From the NCBI GenBank assembly GCA_047651235.1, contig CP178758.1, positions 540,001 to 572,000 of the forward strand: a stretch of 32,000 nt of DNA, given 5' to 3'. The position numbers and the translations under genes were made by a program. Below are positions 13,788-23,560 of the stretch, one piece after another. The notes beneath the pieces are model-generated. The model was given only the letters and a program-made list of their open reading frames with translations. It had not been told where the DNA came from and made no database searches. Position 1 is the stretch's first letter; each line of letters opens with the position of its first letter. The stretch is from Candidatus Electrothrix yaqonensis (GTDB lineage Bacteria; Desulfobacterota; Desulfobulbia; Desulfobulbales; Desulfobulbaceae).

Positions 13788-16268
13788 TTACATAGCGCTT
13801 TTGCTGGAGCAGAACCACTTTTCGTCTCCGGTGTACTTGCCTTTGACCTTATCTTCCCGGTTGAACAGCTGAACACAGATTGTTGCCCGGGCTGAAGTGT
13901 ATCCTTCAGGAATATCGTCTGCTTCGGCCGTACAGCTGAAGCTGAACTCCTGCTGTCCACGCAGTTCCTGGTCAACCCACTCGCCGTCGCCTTCCAGAAC
14001 AAAGGGGAAGGAAGGATCGAAGGTGCAGGTACCGTGGACCGGAATGTCAAGCCACTTGTTTCCGTCAGGAACCCGGTATTCGATCTCGACGCTGACATCC
14101 CGCAGGTAGAGTGCATCAACATCGCCGCTGGCATTTTCCACGACAAAGTTGCCGTTGTTTTTCAGGCCTGATACAGAGTAGTCCGTGACAGAAACCTCAA
14201 GGCTCGGCTGCAGCTTGGAGAAGCCGTAGTAATGGCTCGGATCGCAGTCTGTTGCTGTACGTGTCTCCTCAGTGCCGTCTGCATCAATGATGACCGTATA
14301 ATCGCCGCTTGTACAGCCGTTGTTTGCATACTGACCGAGGGTAGCAACGCCACTGCCTGTGCAGGTGACAGATGCGCCTGCCTCCAGTACTCCGATAATA
14401 TTGCTTCCGTCCCCGCAGTCGAGCATAACCCCCTGATCGTCAGTTGCTGCAACATTGTCCAGAGCCACATTGCCGGTGTTGGTTATAACATAGGTCCAGA
14501 CTACGGTGTCACCATCTAGGGCGGGCATACCGGGGGCGATGTCATGGTTGGCATCATCGTTTTCCAGGCAGGCATCAAGACCTGTCGCAGCAGTGCATTT
14601 CTCCATATCAATGCCCGGCAGAGCACCGAAGTAATGGCTCGGATCATCATCATGCACTGGTTTTTTAGTCTCTTCGTCATCCTTGAATGTGCTGTCGGCA
14701 GAGCCGAGATTTTCGTACTGACCTTCAGCGGCTATACCTGTGCCGCTGCAGTTAAAGCTCTCATCCGGCTGCAGGCTCGAAATGATATTGCTGCCGCCGC
14801 CGCAGTCAACCGCAACACCCTTGTCATCGGTCACTGCAATATTTTCCAGCGGTACATTACCGGTATTGGTAACACTGTAGAGCCAGAAGACCGGATCGCC
14901 GACTTCGATGAAAGGTCCGGTTTCCGTATCAGCGTCAAATCCCTGGGTGTGCTTCTCGATATCCAGTTCAGGATCAGCACCGAAATAATGGCTCGGATCG
15001 CAGTCCTTCACAGTGGTTCTGTCAGTCTCGTTGCCTTCAGCATCACGGGCAACATAGTCGCCATCAATGCAGCCGTTGTTTTCATGCTGACCGGCTTCAG
15101 CAAGTCCTGTTGCGGTACAGGTCATGCTTTCACCAACCCGGAGAGTAGCCTGCGGACAGGTGATCTGGCCGAGTATATCGTCGTTCAGCAGAATATTTTC
15201 CAGCAGTACATTGCCGGTATTTTCAACGTCGAATGCCCAAGTGACCGGCTGGCCGACCAGCAGCGTCAGACCGCTTCCGGTATCCGCATCCGCACCGTTG
15301 ATTGATTTTTCAATGTCAATGGCAGGTGCCGGAGTGAAGGAGGGCGTACCGTTGTAATGGCTGGGATCTTTATCTGTTACTTCATTCCCCTCATGTTCGC
15401 CGGTGACAGTACCGATATTAGCATACTGACCGACTGCTGCAATACCACTTGCTGTACAGGTCATGGAATCGCCGGCTGCAAGAACGGTATCGGGACAACT
15501 GATAATTCCCTCAAGGTTGTCGGTTACAGCAACATTGTTCAGCGTTACATTGCCGATGTTGGTTACAATATAAGTCCACTCAACAGGCTGACCTTCTTCA
15601 ATATTCGGACCCGGAGCTTCATCCGCATCTATTCCGTTGGTTGCCTTTTCAATATCAATCTTCGGGTCGTCAGGATCAGGGCCGACAGGGCACTGAATAT
15701 TCAGAGGAATTCGATTGCCCGACTTTCCTGTTGAGGAGGTATCTCCGCCATTCATGTTGACATGGATTTCGATCCCGCTGTAATTTCCCGGCTCAATTTT
15801 AAATGAGCCTTCCCAGCCCAGAAGCGTAGATTGTTCAACACCATCAGGTGCTATCCAGGAGAATTCGGGCGGATTTCCTGTAGGGTTACCTCCGTTGTCA
15901 TCACGGCCATCCACCATATTGCCGTTAAAACCATCTACCTTTACCCAGGCATTATCAGCTGTTTTGTTTGGATAATTACCATCATTCATTACACTGCTGC
16001 CGGGAATATCTTTATCCAGCACTAAGACAGACATTGTCTTGCTGTTGCAGTCATACCGCAGATAGGCATTGGAAAAATGCGTTTTGCTCAACTGTCCTGC
16101 TTCATGCATGGGGAACGATATATCGTTGGCCAGATCCCACTCGTCAAATGAGCCGTCAATTACAGCTGTATCACTGGTGCCGTTGATGTCCAGGGCCTGT
16201 GCAGAGCTGCCGCCAAAAAGTATGGCAGCCACCACAGCCGGTGCGATTTTATAAATTGTTTTTATCAT
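13788..16268 (-). CDS. Large secreted/surface protein with four DUF11-type repeat domains
   Basis: ATG 16268 is preceded by GGAGGAG. Signal peptide MIKTIYKIAPAVVAAILFGGSSAQA. Four ~115-aa repeats follow, of the form (I/L)D(I/M)EK...G(Q/D)PV.W.Y.VTNTGNV.L.N(V/I)...C...C...G...DPSHY. The ORF-track start 16334 adds 22 non-signal residues. Confidence 0.85.
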   Translation of the reverse strand: MIKTIYKIAPAVVAAILFGGSSAQALDINGTSDTAVIDGSFDEWDLANDISFPMHEAGQLSKTHFSNAYLRYDCNSKTMSVLVLDKDIPGSSVMNDGNYPNKTADNAWVKVDGFNGNMVDGRDDNGGNPTGNPPEFSWIAPDGVEQSTLLGWEGSFKIEPGNYSGIEIHVNMNGGDTSSTGKSGNRIPLNIQCPVGPDPDDPKIDIEKATNGIDADEAPGPNIEEGQPVEWTYIVTNIGNVTLNNVAVTDNLEGIISCPDTVLAAGDSMTCTASGIAAVGQYANIGTVTGEHEGNEVTDKDPSHYNGTPSFTPAPAIDIEKSINGADADTGSGLTLLVGQPVTWAFDVENTGNVLLENILLNDDILGQITCPQATLRVGESMTCTATGLAEAGQHENNGCIDGDYVARDAEGNETDRTTVKDCDPSHYFGADPELDIEKHTQGFDADTETGPFIEVGDPVFWLYSVTNTGNVPLENIAVTDDKGVAVDCGGGSNIISSLQPDESFNCSGTGIAAEGQYENLGSADSTFKDDEETKKPVHDDDPSHYFGALPGIDMEKCTAATGLDACLENDDANHDIAPGMPALDGDTVVWTYVITNTGNVALDNVAATDDQGVMLDCGDGSNIIGVLEAGASVTCTGSGVATLGQYANNGCTSGDYTVIIDADGTEETRTATDCDPSHYYGFSKLQPSLEVSVTDYSVSGLKNNGNFVVENASGDVDALYLRDVSVEIEYRVPDGNKWLDIPVHGTCTFDPSFPFVLEGDGEWVDQELRGQQEFSFSCTAEADDIPEGYTSARATICVQLFNREDKVKGKYTGDEKWFCSSKSAM

Positions 16269-16438
16269 GTTGCTCTCCTCCTTTGTACTATTCGGGGTTG
16301 AAGTTGACAGCAGGTCGTATTTTTCTGCGGTCATTAATTGACAATGATACCTTGAATTAAAAGATAAAGATAATCTTCAGCTCTTAGTATCATATTTTCT
16401 TATTTTTATCCGTTAAAAAAATAAAATACAAGGTTGAC

Positions 16439-16456
16439 TTTTTTTTTGGGGGGGGG
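16439..16456. repeat. Adjacent homopolymers T9 G9
   Basis: Nine T at 16439-16447 followed by nine G at 16448-16456. The tract lies 171-188 nt upstream of the DUF11 gene start. Confidence 0.95.
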
Positions 16457-16775
16457 TAGAGGCTGTTTCAATCGGAACTACAAGGAGATATTTTTTATAA
16501 AAATTTTCTTTCGCGAAAAAAACGATCTGCCGTATAACGGGTAACGGCACAGGTAATCATTTTTGTATGTCTTTTGCGTGTACAGTCCTGAAATGACCGA
16601 TGCAGATTGATTCTGCGGGCAGCAGAGAAAAAGAAAAATAAAATGGAGTCGGATGGATTGGGATGCGGCAAGAGAAATTCCAGAAGGATTGTAAAGAGGC
16701 GGGAAGGCTCGGCAGATTATGCCGCAGGAATCAGCGCGGACAGGCGGGCCGAGGAATTAAGGAGGAAGTAATAAC

Positions 16776-17132
16776 GCGCGTTACTATATTTTCAAAGAAG
16801 ATTTACAGAAGCTGGCGGATGAACTGAATATTGAAATTCGTATCGCGCATTATCCGCCGTACACGTCAAAATACAATCCGATAGAACATCGACTTTTTCC
16901 TCATATAACGAGATCCTGTGAAGGCGTTGCATTTAAACGTATTGAGATTGTGAACGAACTGATGAGCAAAGCGAAAATATCCGCAGGGCTGAAAGTTTTT
17001 ACATCCGTTCTTGACAAAGTCTTCGAGACAGGCCGCAAAACGGCTGACGGTTTTAAAGAAAGTATGAAAATTCAATTCGACGAGTTTCTGCCGAAGTGGA
17101 ATTATGCCGCTGTTCCGTCAGGACTGCTTTGA
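16776..17132 (+). pseudogene. ISAzo13-family DDE transposase, C-terminal ~118-aa remnant
   Basis: Translation: ARYYIFKEDLQKLADELNIEIRIAHYPPYTSKYNPIEHRLFPHITRSCEG...FDEFLPKWNYAAVP. The HYPPxTSKxNxIEHRLF ... WNY pattern is the C-terminus of ISAzo13-type transposases. A stop at 16758-16760 closes the frame upstream, and about 300 N-terminal residues are missing. Confidence 0.8.
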
Positions 17133-17145
17133 TTCCCGTAGTTAT

Positions 17146-17529
17146 TTAATTCCCGTTCCTAACCTGCGGCGCACAGTCCCCCTGCTCATGGAGAATATCC
17201 CGCAGGGTATGATGGGAAGGAAGAACTTCCTGACGGGACAGCTTCTTATCTAAATCCAGAAAAATACGCCCATCCAGCAGGGAGTCAAGGCGATCATTCA
17301 AATCCTTGCGGAACTGCCTGAGCAGATCCTGCCGGAGCCTGGGCGGGCAGGCGGTGAGGTCGTCCTGATGTAACGGCGGATAAGGATTATCGCCCTTTCT
17401 GCGAAACAGAGCAACCAAGGGTATTTTGAAAAGAAAGGCCAGAATTGCAAGAGCCGTCAGACCGGCTCCGCTCCAAGTTACCTCAGGATGTTTCCACAAC
17501 CATTGCAGCTTCCCAATAAGCCATTCCAT
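17146..17529 (-). CDS. Hypothetical single-pass membrane protein, possibly 3'-truncated
   Basis: 127-aa ORF whose ATG overlaps the tsaE stop (TGATG), with a TM helix GAGLTALAILAFLFKIPLVALF. It ends 13 nt from the convergent IS remnant. I recognise no family. Confidence 0.5.
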   Translation of the reverse strand: MEWLIGKLQWLWKHPEVTWSGAGLTALAILAFLFKIPLVALFRRKGDNPYPPLHQDDLTACPPRLRQDLLRQFRKDLNDRLDSLLDGRIFLDLDKKLSRQEVLPSHHTLRDILHEQGDCAPQVRNGN

Positions 17530-18032
17530 CAGTTCCTCTCTGTTTCAAGGTGTAGACCTGGTAACGCCTCAATCCGGGAAATCCACGCGGAGCCGTGCGG
17601 CTGCATGACGCACTCCCGCGCTGTCTCATTGACAGCACGCAGGGTGATATCCAGCCGTTCTTCCGGCTGCAGGCTGCCGAGCCGGTCCGGCCATTCTATA
17701 ACGGTCAGACCCGCGCCGCCGATATACTCGGCCAGGCCCGCACCCTCAATATCGTCCTCATCGGCAAGGCGGTAGCAGTCCATATGAAACAGGGGAAGAC
17801 GGCCGGAATATTCGTGCAGCAGAGCAAAGGAAGGGCTGGAGACATACTGATCCGGCGAAACGCCGAGCCCGGCCGCAATGGACTGGGTCAGTGTCGTCTT
17901 ACCGACGCCGAGGTCACCGTGCAGCAGAATAACATCGCCTTTGCGGGCAATGCTGCCGAGCTGCTCACCAAAACGTGCGGTTGCTGCAATATCTTGGAGC
18001 GTCAGACGGAATGATTCCTTTTCAGTACGCAT
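17529..18032 (-). CDS. tsaE: tRNA t6A37 biosynthesis ATPase TsaE
   Basis: Walker A GDLGVGKTTLTQ, SPSFALLHEY, and FHMDCYRL. Confidence 0.9.
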   Translation of the reverse strand: MRTEKESFRLTLQDIAATARFGEQLGSIARKGDVILLHGDLGVGKTTLTQSIAAGLGVSPDQYVSSPSFALLHEYSGRLPLFHMDCYRLADEDDIEGAGLAEYIGGAGLTVIEWPDRLGSLQPEERLDITLRAVNETARECVMQPHGSAWISRIEALPGLHLETERN

Positions 18033-18046
18033 AGCGCCTCTGTCCG

Positions 18047-20011
18047 TTACTTCTGTTTCTTCTGCCCGTCAATCCACCAAGTATAGAGCAGGCTGTAGGG
18101 GTTGTAATACACCGGCAGTTTTTTCGGTCGGTTGAATTTCGCTGCAAAGGCCACCCGATGATAGGCCAGGTACCAGTTGGGCACCACGTAATAGCCGTAC
18201 CAGAGCACCCGATCCAGCGCCTTGCAGGCTGCTGTCAGTTCGTCCTGATGTTCGGCATAGATAATTGAATCAACCAGGCTGTCTACCACCGGTGACTGCA
18301 CTCCGGCCAGATTGCCGGAACCGTTGCTGGAAGCAGCAGCAGCCGACCACATATCCCGCTGTTCATTGCCCGGCGACTGAGACTGCCCGAACACGGTCAC
18401 CACCATATCATAATCAAAACTTTTGATCCGATCCGTGTACAGGGCCGCATCGATTGTCCGGTAGCTTGCCTTGATCCCCAGTTTGGCCAGATTCTTGACA
18501 TACGGCGCCATGACCCGCTCAAAGGAGGGGCTGGACAGCAGGATCTCAAACTCAAACGGCGTACCATCCTCTGAAGTCAGCACCCCGTTTTTCACCTTCC
18601 AGCCCTGTTCGGTCAGCAGCTTTTTGGCCTGCCGGAGATTGCCGCGCAGACTGTTCGGCGGGCTGGTGGTCGGTGGAGTCAGCGGCGTTGTGAAGACCTC
18701 CGGCGGAATTTTTCCGGGATATTTTTCTTTGAGCGGTTCAAGGAGCTTCAGCTCTGCCGGGCTGGGCAGACCGGTTGCTGCCAGCTCGGAATTGCTGAAA
18801 TAGGAGTCCGCTCTGGTGTACTGATCAAAAAACAGAGCGCTGTTCGTCCATTCAAAATCAAAGGCCAAGCCGAGCGCCTGCCGCACCGTGTGGTCGCTGA
18901 ACAGCTTACGCCGATTATTGAAGACAAATCCCTGCATTCCTGCATTGTTTTTATGGGGAAAGGTCTGTTTGACCAGCTCGCCGCTCTCAAAGCGACGGCC
19001 GACTAGGTCGCGCTGCCACTGCTTGGCGATATTTACCCACATAAAATCAAAATCCCCGGCCTTGAAGGCCTCCAGACTGACGATCTGATCTTTAAAGTAT
19101 TTGATGGTGATGGTCTCGAAATTAAACATCCCCTTGCGGCAGGGATGATCAGCCGCCCAGTAATCAGGGTTCCGCTCATAGGTGATTGCTTTTCCTGGAT
19201 TGATTTCCTTGATGATATACGGCCCGCTGCCCACCGGCGGCAGCAGAGGATCACCCTTGCTGTCTGCCCCGAAGCCGTGCTGTTCATAAAATTTCTTGTT
19301 CAGCACCGGCAGCTGGGCGGCAATCATGTGCAGTTCGCGGTTAGGACGGGCAAAAAGGAAACGGATTTTCCCCTGCTCCTTATCCACAATTTCTGCGCTG
19401 CGAATGTCCTGATAATACATCTGATAAAACGGATGACATTGTTCGCTTTTCAGAGTTTCCAGCGAGTACTTGACATCCTCCACAGTTACCGGGCTGCCGT
19501 CGGAGAACCGCGCTTTTTCGTTCAGGGTGAAGAGCACCGAGAGTTTATCCTCGGCCAGCTCGATGTCCTTGGCAAGCAGGCCGTAGGCGGCAAAGGGTTC
19601 GTCCAGACTGCCCGCAGCCAGTGTTTCAAAAATCAGGCTTCCCTCAATGCCGAACAGCCCGAATGCCTCGGTGCCTTTCAGGGTAAAGGGATTCATCTTG
19701 TCAAAGCTGCCCAGAGCATGCAGGGTCAGGTCTCCGCCTTTTCCCGCAGCAGGATTGACATAATCAAAATGACTGAACCCGGCAGGATATTTCAGTTTGC
19801 CGTCAATGGAAACGCCGTGTGCTGCGTACAGGACAGCGGGCAGGGCAAGGTAGGTAACAACGGAAAAAAGCACTGCCGACAAAAAAAAGAGTCTTTCTGC
19901 AGCAAGTCGCTGTTTCGAGGGCGGCATTTCTGCTGCACATGCCGTATCATTTTTCAGCCTGTTCCCGTACTTCCTGTCTTGCCTGTAGTTCTTGTTTGTT
20001 TTCATACTCAT
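18047..20011 (-). CDS. ABC transporter substrate-binding protein, family 5 (peptide/YejA-like)
   Basis: 654-aa ORF with a size and sequence pattern typical of family-5 solute-binding proteins and a hydrophobic signal segment LFFLSAVLFSVVTYLALPAVLYA. The start may instead be ATG 19927 (MPPSKQ...). Confidence 0.8.
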   Translation of the reverse strand: MSMKTNKNYRQDRKYGNRLKNDTACAAEMPPSKQRLAAERLFFLSAVLFSVVTYLALPAVLYAAHGVSIDGKLKYPAGFSHFDYVNPAAGKGGDLTLHALGSFDKMNPFTLKGTEAFGLFGIEGSLIFETLAAGSLDEPFAAYGLLAKDIELAEDKLSVLFTLNEKARFSDGSPVTVEDVKYSLETLKSEQCHPFYQMYYQDIRSAEIVDKEQGKIRFLFARPNRELHMIAAQLPVLNKKFYEQHGFGADSKGDPLLPPVGSGPYIIKEINPGKAITYERNPDYWAADHPCRKGMFNFETITIKYFKDQIVSLEAFKAGDFDFMWVNIAKQWQRDLVGRRFESGELVKQTFPHKNNAGMQGFVFNNRRKLFSDHTVRQALGLAFDFEWTNSALFFDQYTRADSYFSNSELAATGLPSPAELKLLEPLKEKYPGKIPPEVFTTPLTPPTTSPPNSLRGNLRQAKKLLTEQGWKVKNGVLTSEDGTPFEFEILLSSPSFERVMAPYVKNLAKLGIKASYRTIDAALYTDRIKSFDYDMVVTVFGQSQSPGNEQRDMWSAAAASSNGSGNLAGVQSPVVDSLVDSIIYAEHQDELTAACKALDRVLWYGYYVVPNWYLAYHRVAFAAKFNRPKKLPVYYNPYSLLYTWWIDGQKKQK

Positions 20012-20043
20012 TCTCTCTTTTTTCTTTTTTGGTTCGGTTTCTT

Positions 20044-20847
20044 TTATGATCTCCGGACTGGTACGGTTTGTACCATCGTACCATAATGCACCTGTTCCAG
20101 AAACAGGCCGCAGGGAGGGGCTGTCGGTCCGGCCTGTTGCCGGTCTTTGGCCGCCAGAATCGCGGCAAACTGTTCGCAGGTCAGGCGGCCCGTTCCTACC
20201 CAGAGCAGGGTTCCCGCCAGATTACGCACCATATGCCGGAGAAAGCCGTCCCCGCTGAAGCGGAAGAAAAAATGCTCCGGCCGGGCCGGGTCAGTGATGC
20301 ATTCGGCCCGGAATAGGGTGCGCACTGCTCCCCGGCCTGTGGTTCTGCTGCGGTCACGGGAACCGACCGCCTCAAAGCTGGAAAAATCATGGCTGCCCAC
20401 CAGCAGATCCAGGCAGGGCTGCACCCTGTCCGGCGCAAAGCCGCAGGGAAGATGCGTCCGGTAGAGCCGTTCCGCAGGCTGCTGAATGGAGCCGGTGAAA
20501 AAATCATAATGGTAGGTCTTGCCCTTTGCATCGTAGCGGGCGTGGAAATCCGGGCCAGCCTCTGCAGCATCCAGAATACGAATATCCTTGGGCAGCATGG
20601 AATTCAGGGCCTTGGTGAAAGTCTCGGCAGGCATCCCGGCGCAGGTCCTGAAGTTGGCTGTCATGCCCTCGGCATGCACCCCGGCATCCGTCCGGCCCGC
20701 CCCGTTGACCTCAACCGCAGCCTTGGTGATGATGCCGAGTTTTTCCTCCAGCATTGCCTGAATACTCGGACCGTTGCGCTGCCGCTGCCAGCCCTTGTAG
20801 GCAGTGCCGTCATAGGCGATGAGCAGGCGGATATTCCGCTGTTTCAT
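20044..20847 (-). CDS. truA: tRNA pseudouridine(38-40) synthase TruA
   Basis: IAYDGTAYKGWQRQ, the catalytic GRTDAGVHA, and FLRHMVRNL. Confidence 0.93.
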   Translation of the reverse strand: MKQRNIRLLIAYDGTAYKGWQRQRNGPSIQAMLEEKLGIITKAAVEVNGAGRTDAGVHAEGMTANFRTCAGMPAETFTKALNSMLPKDIRILDAAEAGPDFHARYDAKGKTYHYDFFTGSIQQPAERLYRTHLPCGFAPDRVQPCLDLLVGSHDFSSFEAVGSRDRSRTTGRGAVRTLFRAECITDPARPEHFFFRFSGDGFLRHMVRNLAGTLLWVGTGRLTCEQFAAILAAKDRQQAGPTAPPCGLFLEQVHYGTMVQTVPVRRS

Positions 20848-20853
20848 GGAAAA

Positions 20854-21894
20854 CTAGGGAAAAAACGGGGCATGCAGCAGGCCGCAGGTTTCGTCGAATC
20901 CGTTCATCAGGTTCATATTCTGGATAGCCTGTCCGGAGGCCCCTTTGGCGATATTGTCAATGGCGGACATCACAATGACCCGGTTCGTGCGGGGATCAAC
21001 TTTGATGCCGATATCGCAGCAGTTACTGCCCCGAACATGCTGGGTGGCCGGGAAGGAACCCGCAGGGCAGACCCGGACGAAAGGCTCGGCCGCATAGATT
21101 CTCTCGTACAGTTCCTGGATATCCTGTTCTGTGGTTCCGGAGTTCAACGGCGCATACATGGTACTGAGGATACCACGCGAGATAGGCAGCAGATGCGGGG
21201 TAAAGGAGATGGTTACCGGTGTGCCTGCCAGCACGGACAGTTCCTGCTCGATCTCCGGGATATGGCGGTGGCTGCCCCCGACCTTGTAGGCCCGGAAACC
21301 GTCCGTGACCTCGCAGAACAAGGTGCCCACATTGGCGGCACGCCCGGCGCCGGAGGTACCGGACTTGGAGTCGATGATCAATCCGGCCGGGTCGATCAGT
21401 TTTTCCCACAGCAGCGGGGCCAACCCCAGAATGATGGAGGTCGGGTAGCAGCCGGGATTAGCGGTCAGCCGGGCTTTTTGTACCTGGTCCCGGTACAGCT
21501 CCGGCAGACCGTAGGCTGCCTCGGCAATTACCTCCGGGCAGGAATGCGCCTGATACCACTGCTCGTACACGGCAGCATCCCGGATGCGGAAGTCAGCACT
21601 GAGGTCCACCACCTTTTTGCCTGCTTCCAGCAGGGCGGGCACCAGATCCATTGCTGTCTTATGCGGCACAGCAGCAAAAAAGAAATCCGCCCGTTTGACC
21701 AGTTCCTCCGGCCCGAGGTTTTCGCAGATCAGATCAACCCGTTTGCGCAGGTTGGGAAAGACTTCCGAGAGCGGCCTGCCCGCATATTGTCTGGAAGTGG
21801 CAACGGTCAGTTCGACTTCCGGGTGGGCGGAAAGAATGCGGGCCAGTTCAACGCCGGTGTAACCGGAGGCCCCTATGATTCCTACTTTCAGCAT
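20854..21894 (-). CDS. argC: N-acetyl-gamma-glutamyl-phosphate reductase
   Basis: [18 protein letters not shown], the active-site region NPGCYPTS, and 346 aa in length. Confidence 0.95.
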   Translation of the reverse strand: MLKVGIIGASGYTGVELARILSAHPEVELTVATSRQYAGRPLSEVFPNLRKRVDLICENLGPEELVKRADFFFAAVPHKTAMDLVPALLEAGKKVVDLSADFRIRDAAVYEQWYQAHSCPEVIAEAAYGLPELYRDQVQKARLTANPGCYPTSIILGLAPLLWEKLIDPAGLIIDSKSGTSGAGRAANVGTLFCEVTDGFRAYKVGGSHRHIPEIEQELSVLAGTPVTISFTPHLLPISRGILSTMYAPLNSGTTEQDIQELYERIYAAEPFVRVCPAGSFPATQHVRGSNCCDIGIKVDPRTNRVIVMSAIDNIAKGASGQAIQNMNLMNGFDETCGLLHAPFFP

Positions 21895-22373
21895 GATTTT
21901 TTTCCTGTATGATTTCCTGTAGGAGTAAAAATAATCGCGGCGTTCAATCGGCAGCCGGTTATACTACTATACTGCCGAGTGTTCAAAAACATACAGGATG
22001 CTACCGGGAAAGGCAATTGTTAAGAAGCTGTTTTCACCTCCTCCGTTTCAGGATAAACTTCCTGTCTCAGCGCAACGACTCACAAAGGCAGGAGGTAAAA
22101 AATGGAAGTCCCATAAAGAGATAAAAACTTTTCAGAAATCATCTCGCGAAACAATTCTGTTGTGTCCGGAGCCTATCTCCCGATATCTGAACTCAAGTAT
22201 TACGAAAAGAGCGTCCTTCAGAGAAGGATTAATATTTTTGATATATATCATTAGGTTATATTCTCATTATCGAACTCAGGTTGCCGGAAAATAACGTTCA
22301 AAAAGGTGACCATCGCAACTTTTTTGCTGGTTATTTTACTGCCACGGTGTAATATTGGTCTGTTCAGAATGAG

Positions 22374-22409
22374 CCGTTTCCTGTTCTCTTCAGTACAGGA
22401 AACGGTTTT
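22374..22409 (+). terminator. Orphan intrinsic terminator or attenuator in the cytochrome upstream region
   Basis: Perfect 11-bp stem CCGTTTCCTGT (22374-22384) / ACAGGAAACGG (22395-22405), a 10-nt loop, then TTTT. There is no plus-strand gene upstream of it. The cytochrome ATG is 147 nt downstream. Confidence 0.55.
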
Positions 22410-22555
22410 CATCAGCAGGATTGACTTTGAATGTTCAGAAATAAAAGGGGGAAGAAATTTCAGCTTTCAGAAAAGGAGGTGGTATTGAGGTGCAATGATC
22501 AATTACTCGGGCCTGATATTACAATAATTTTTATTCAACATGGAGGAAAACACGT

Positions 22556-23545
22556 ATGAAAGCAGTGAAGCTGCTGTTCCGGACCTGCATGATACTCGGC
22601 TGTATCATGTTGTTCTGTCAGCCTGTTGCGGCAGAGACCGCAAAACAGGAACCGACAGATACGGCCGATCAACATGCTGGCATCGTTGAAAAGGAAGCAG
22701 AGACCATTGATGAACTCGTCGAAATACTGGACGAGAAGAAATGTGCTGAGTGCCACCCCGAAATCTACAAAGAGTGGAAAAAATCTTGGCATGCCCAGTC
22801 TGTTGTCTCTCCCGGTGCTATAAAAGGTATTCATAATTTCTTCGCCATCGGTCTTCCCAAAGAATGGAAAAAACCGATAACCAAGGCCGAGGTGATGAAA
22901 TGTTATGACTGCCATGCCCCGGTGATCCAGTATGCTTCTGAAGAGTTAGCCGTTGAAATAGCTAACATGGTCATTACGGCCCATAAGGAAAAAGGCAAAC
23001 CTGCCGCTGAAAAGGCGGAAAAAGAGTTGTCCAAGCTGAGTGTCGGTTGTGTTTCCTGTCATAACCTGAAGGCGATCACCGTTGCCCGCGGCCTGCGCGG
23101 TGACCCCAAAAAAGGTGCCATCTACGGCCCCACAGGGGCTGACAGCGGCGGTGCCCATGAAACCATAGAGACTGTGGACATCACCCGTTCAATTTTCTGT
23201 ATGCAATGTCACGGTAAGTACAAGGCACCGGACGGAGAAACCATCCAGTGCAACACGCTTTCCGGCAGCTTCCAGAACGCCTACGGCAACCTTGGGGGGA
23301 GCAAAACCTGTCAGTCCTGCCACATGGAAAAGGGCGGCAAAAACGGCAAGAAAAGCCATCTTTTCCCCGGCGGACATGACCTGGATATGGTGAAAAAAGG
23401 CCTCGGACTTGAGGTCAGTTTCACTCAGTATCGTCACCTGCCCGGCAAAATCCCAGGCGTGAAAAACGACAAAGCCTGGGTACCCAGTGCTGTGGTCACC
23501 GCCTTTGTCAAGAACAAGGCGGGACATCGTATCCCGGACGGCTGA
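22556..23545 (+). CDS. Periplasmic five-heme c-type cytochrome (N-terminal part, ends at in-frame TGA)
   Basis: SD ggagg upstream, and signal peptide MKAVKLLFRTCMILGCIMLFCQPVAA. Five CxxCH motifs are present: CAECH, CYDCH, CVSCH, CMQCH, CQSCH. The ORF ends ...NKAGHRIPDG-TGA (23543-23545). Confidence 0.9.
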   Translation: MKAVKLLFRTCMILGCIMLFCQPVAAETAKQEPTDTADQHAGIVEKEAETIDELVEILDEKKCAECHPEIYKEWKKSWHAQSVVSPGAIKGIHNFFAIGLPKEWKKPITKAEVMKCYDCHAPVIQYASEELAVEIANMVITAHKEKGKPAAEKAEKELSKLSVGCVSCHNLKAITVARGLRGDPKKGAIYGPTGADSGGAHETIETVDITRSIFCMQCHGKYKAPDGETIQCNTLSGSFQNAYGNLGGSKTCQSCHMEKGGKNGKKSHLFPGGHDLDMVKKGLGLEVSFTQYRHLPGKIPGVKNDKAWVPSAVVTAFVKNKAGHRIPDG

Positions 23546-23560
23546 CTGTGGTCAGGCAAA

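Noticed and set aside
16643-16771. 42-codon plus-strand ORF (MESDGLGCGKRNSRR...) just upstream of the IS remnant, possibly more transposase debris.
   Set aside because: It is in a different frame from the ISAzo13-like fragment, and I could see no resemblance to that family's internal motifs.
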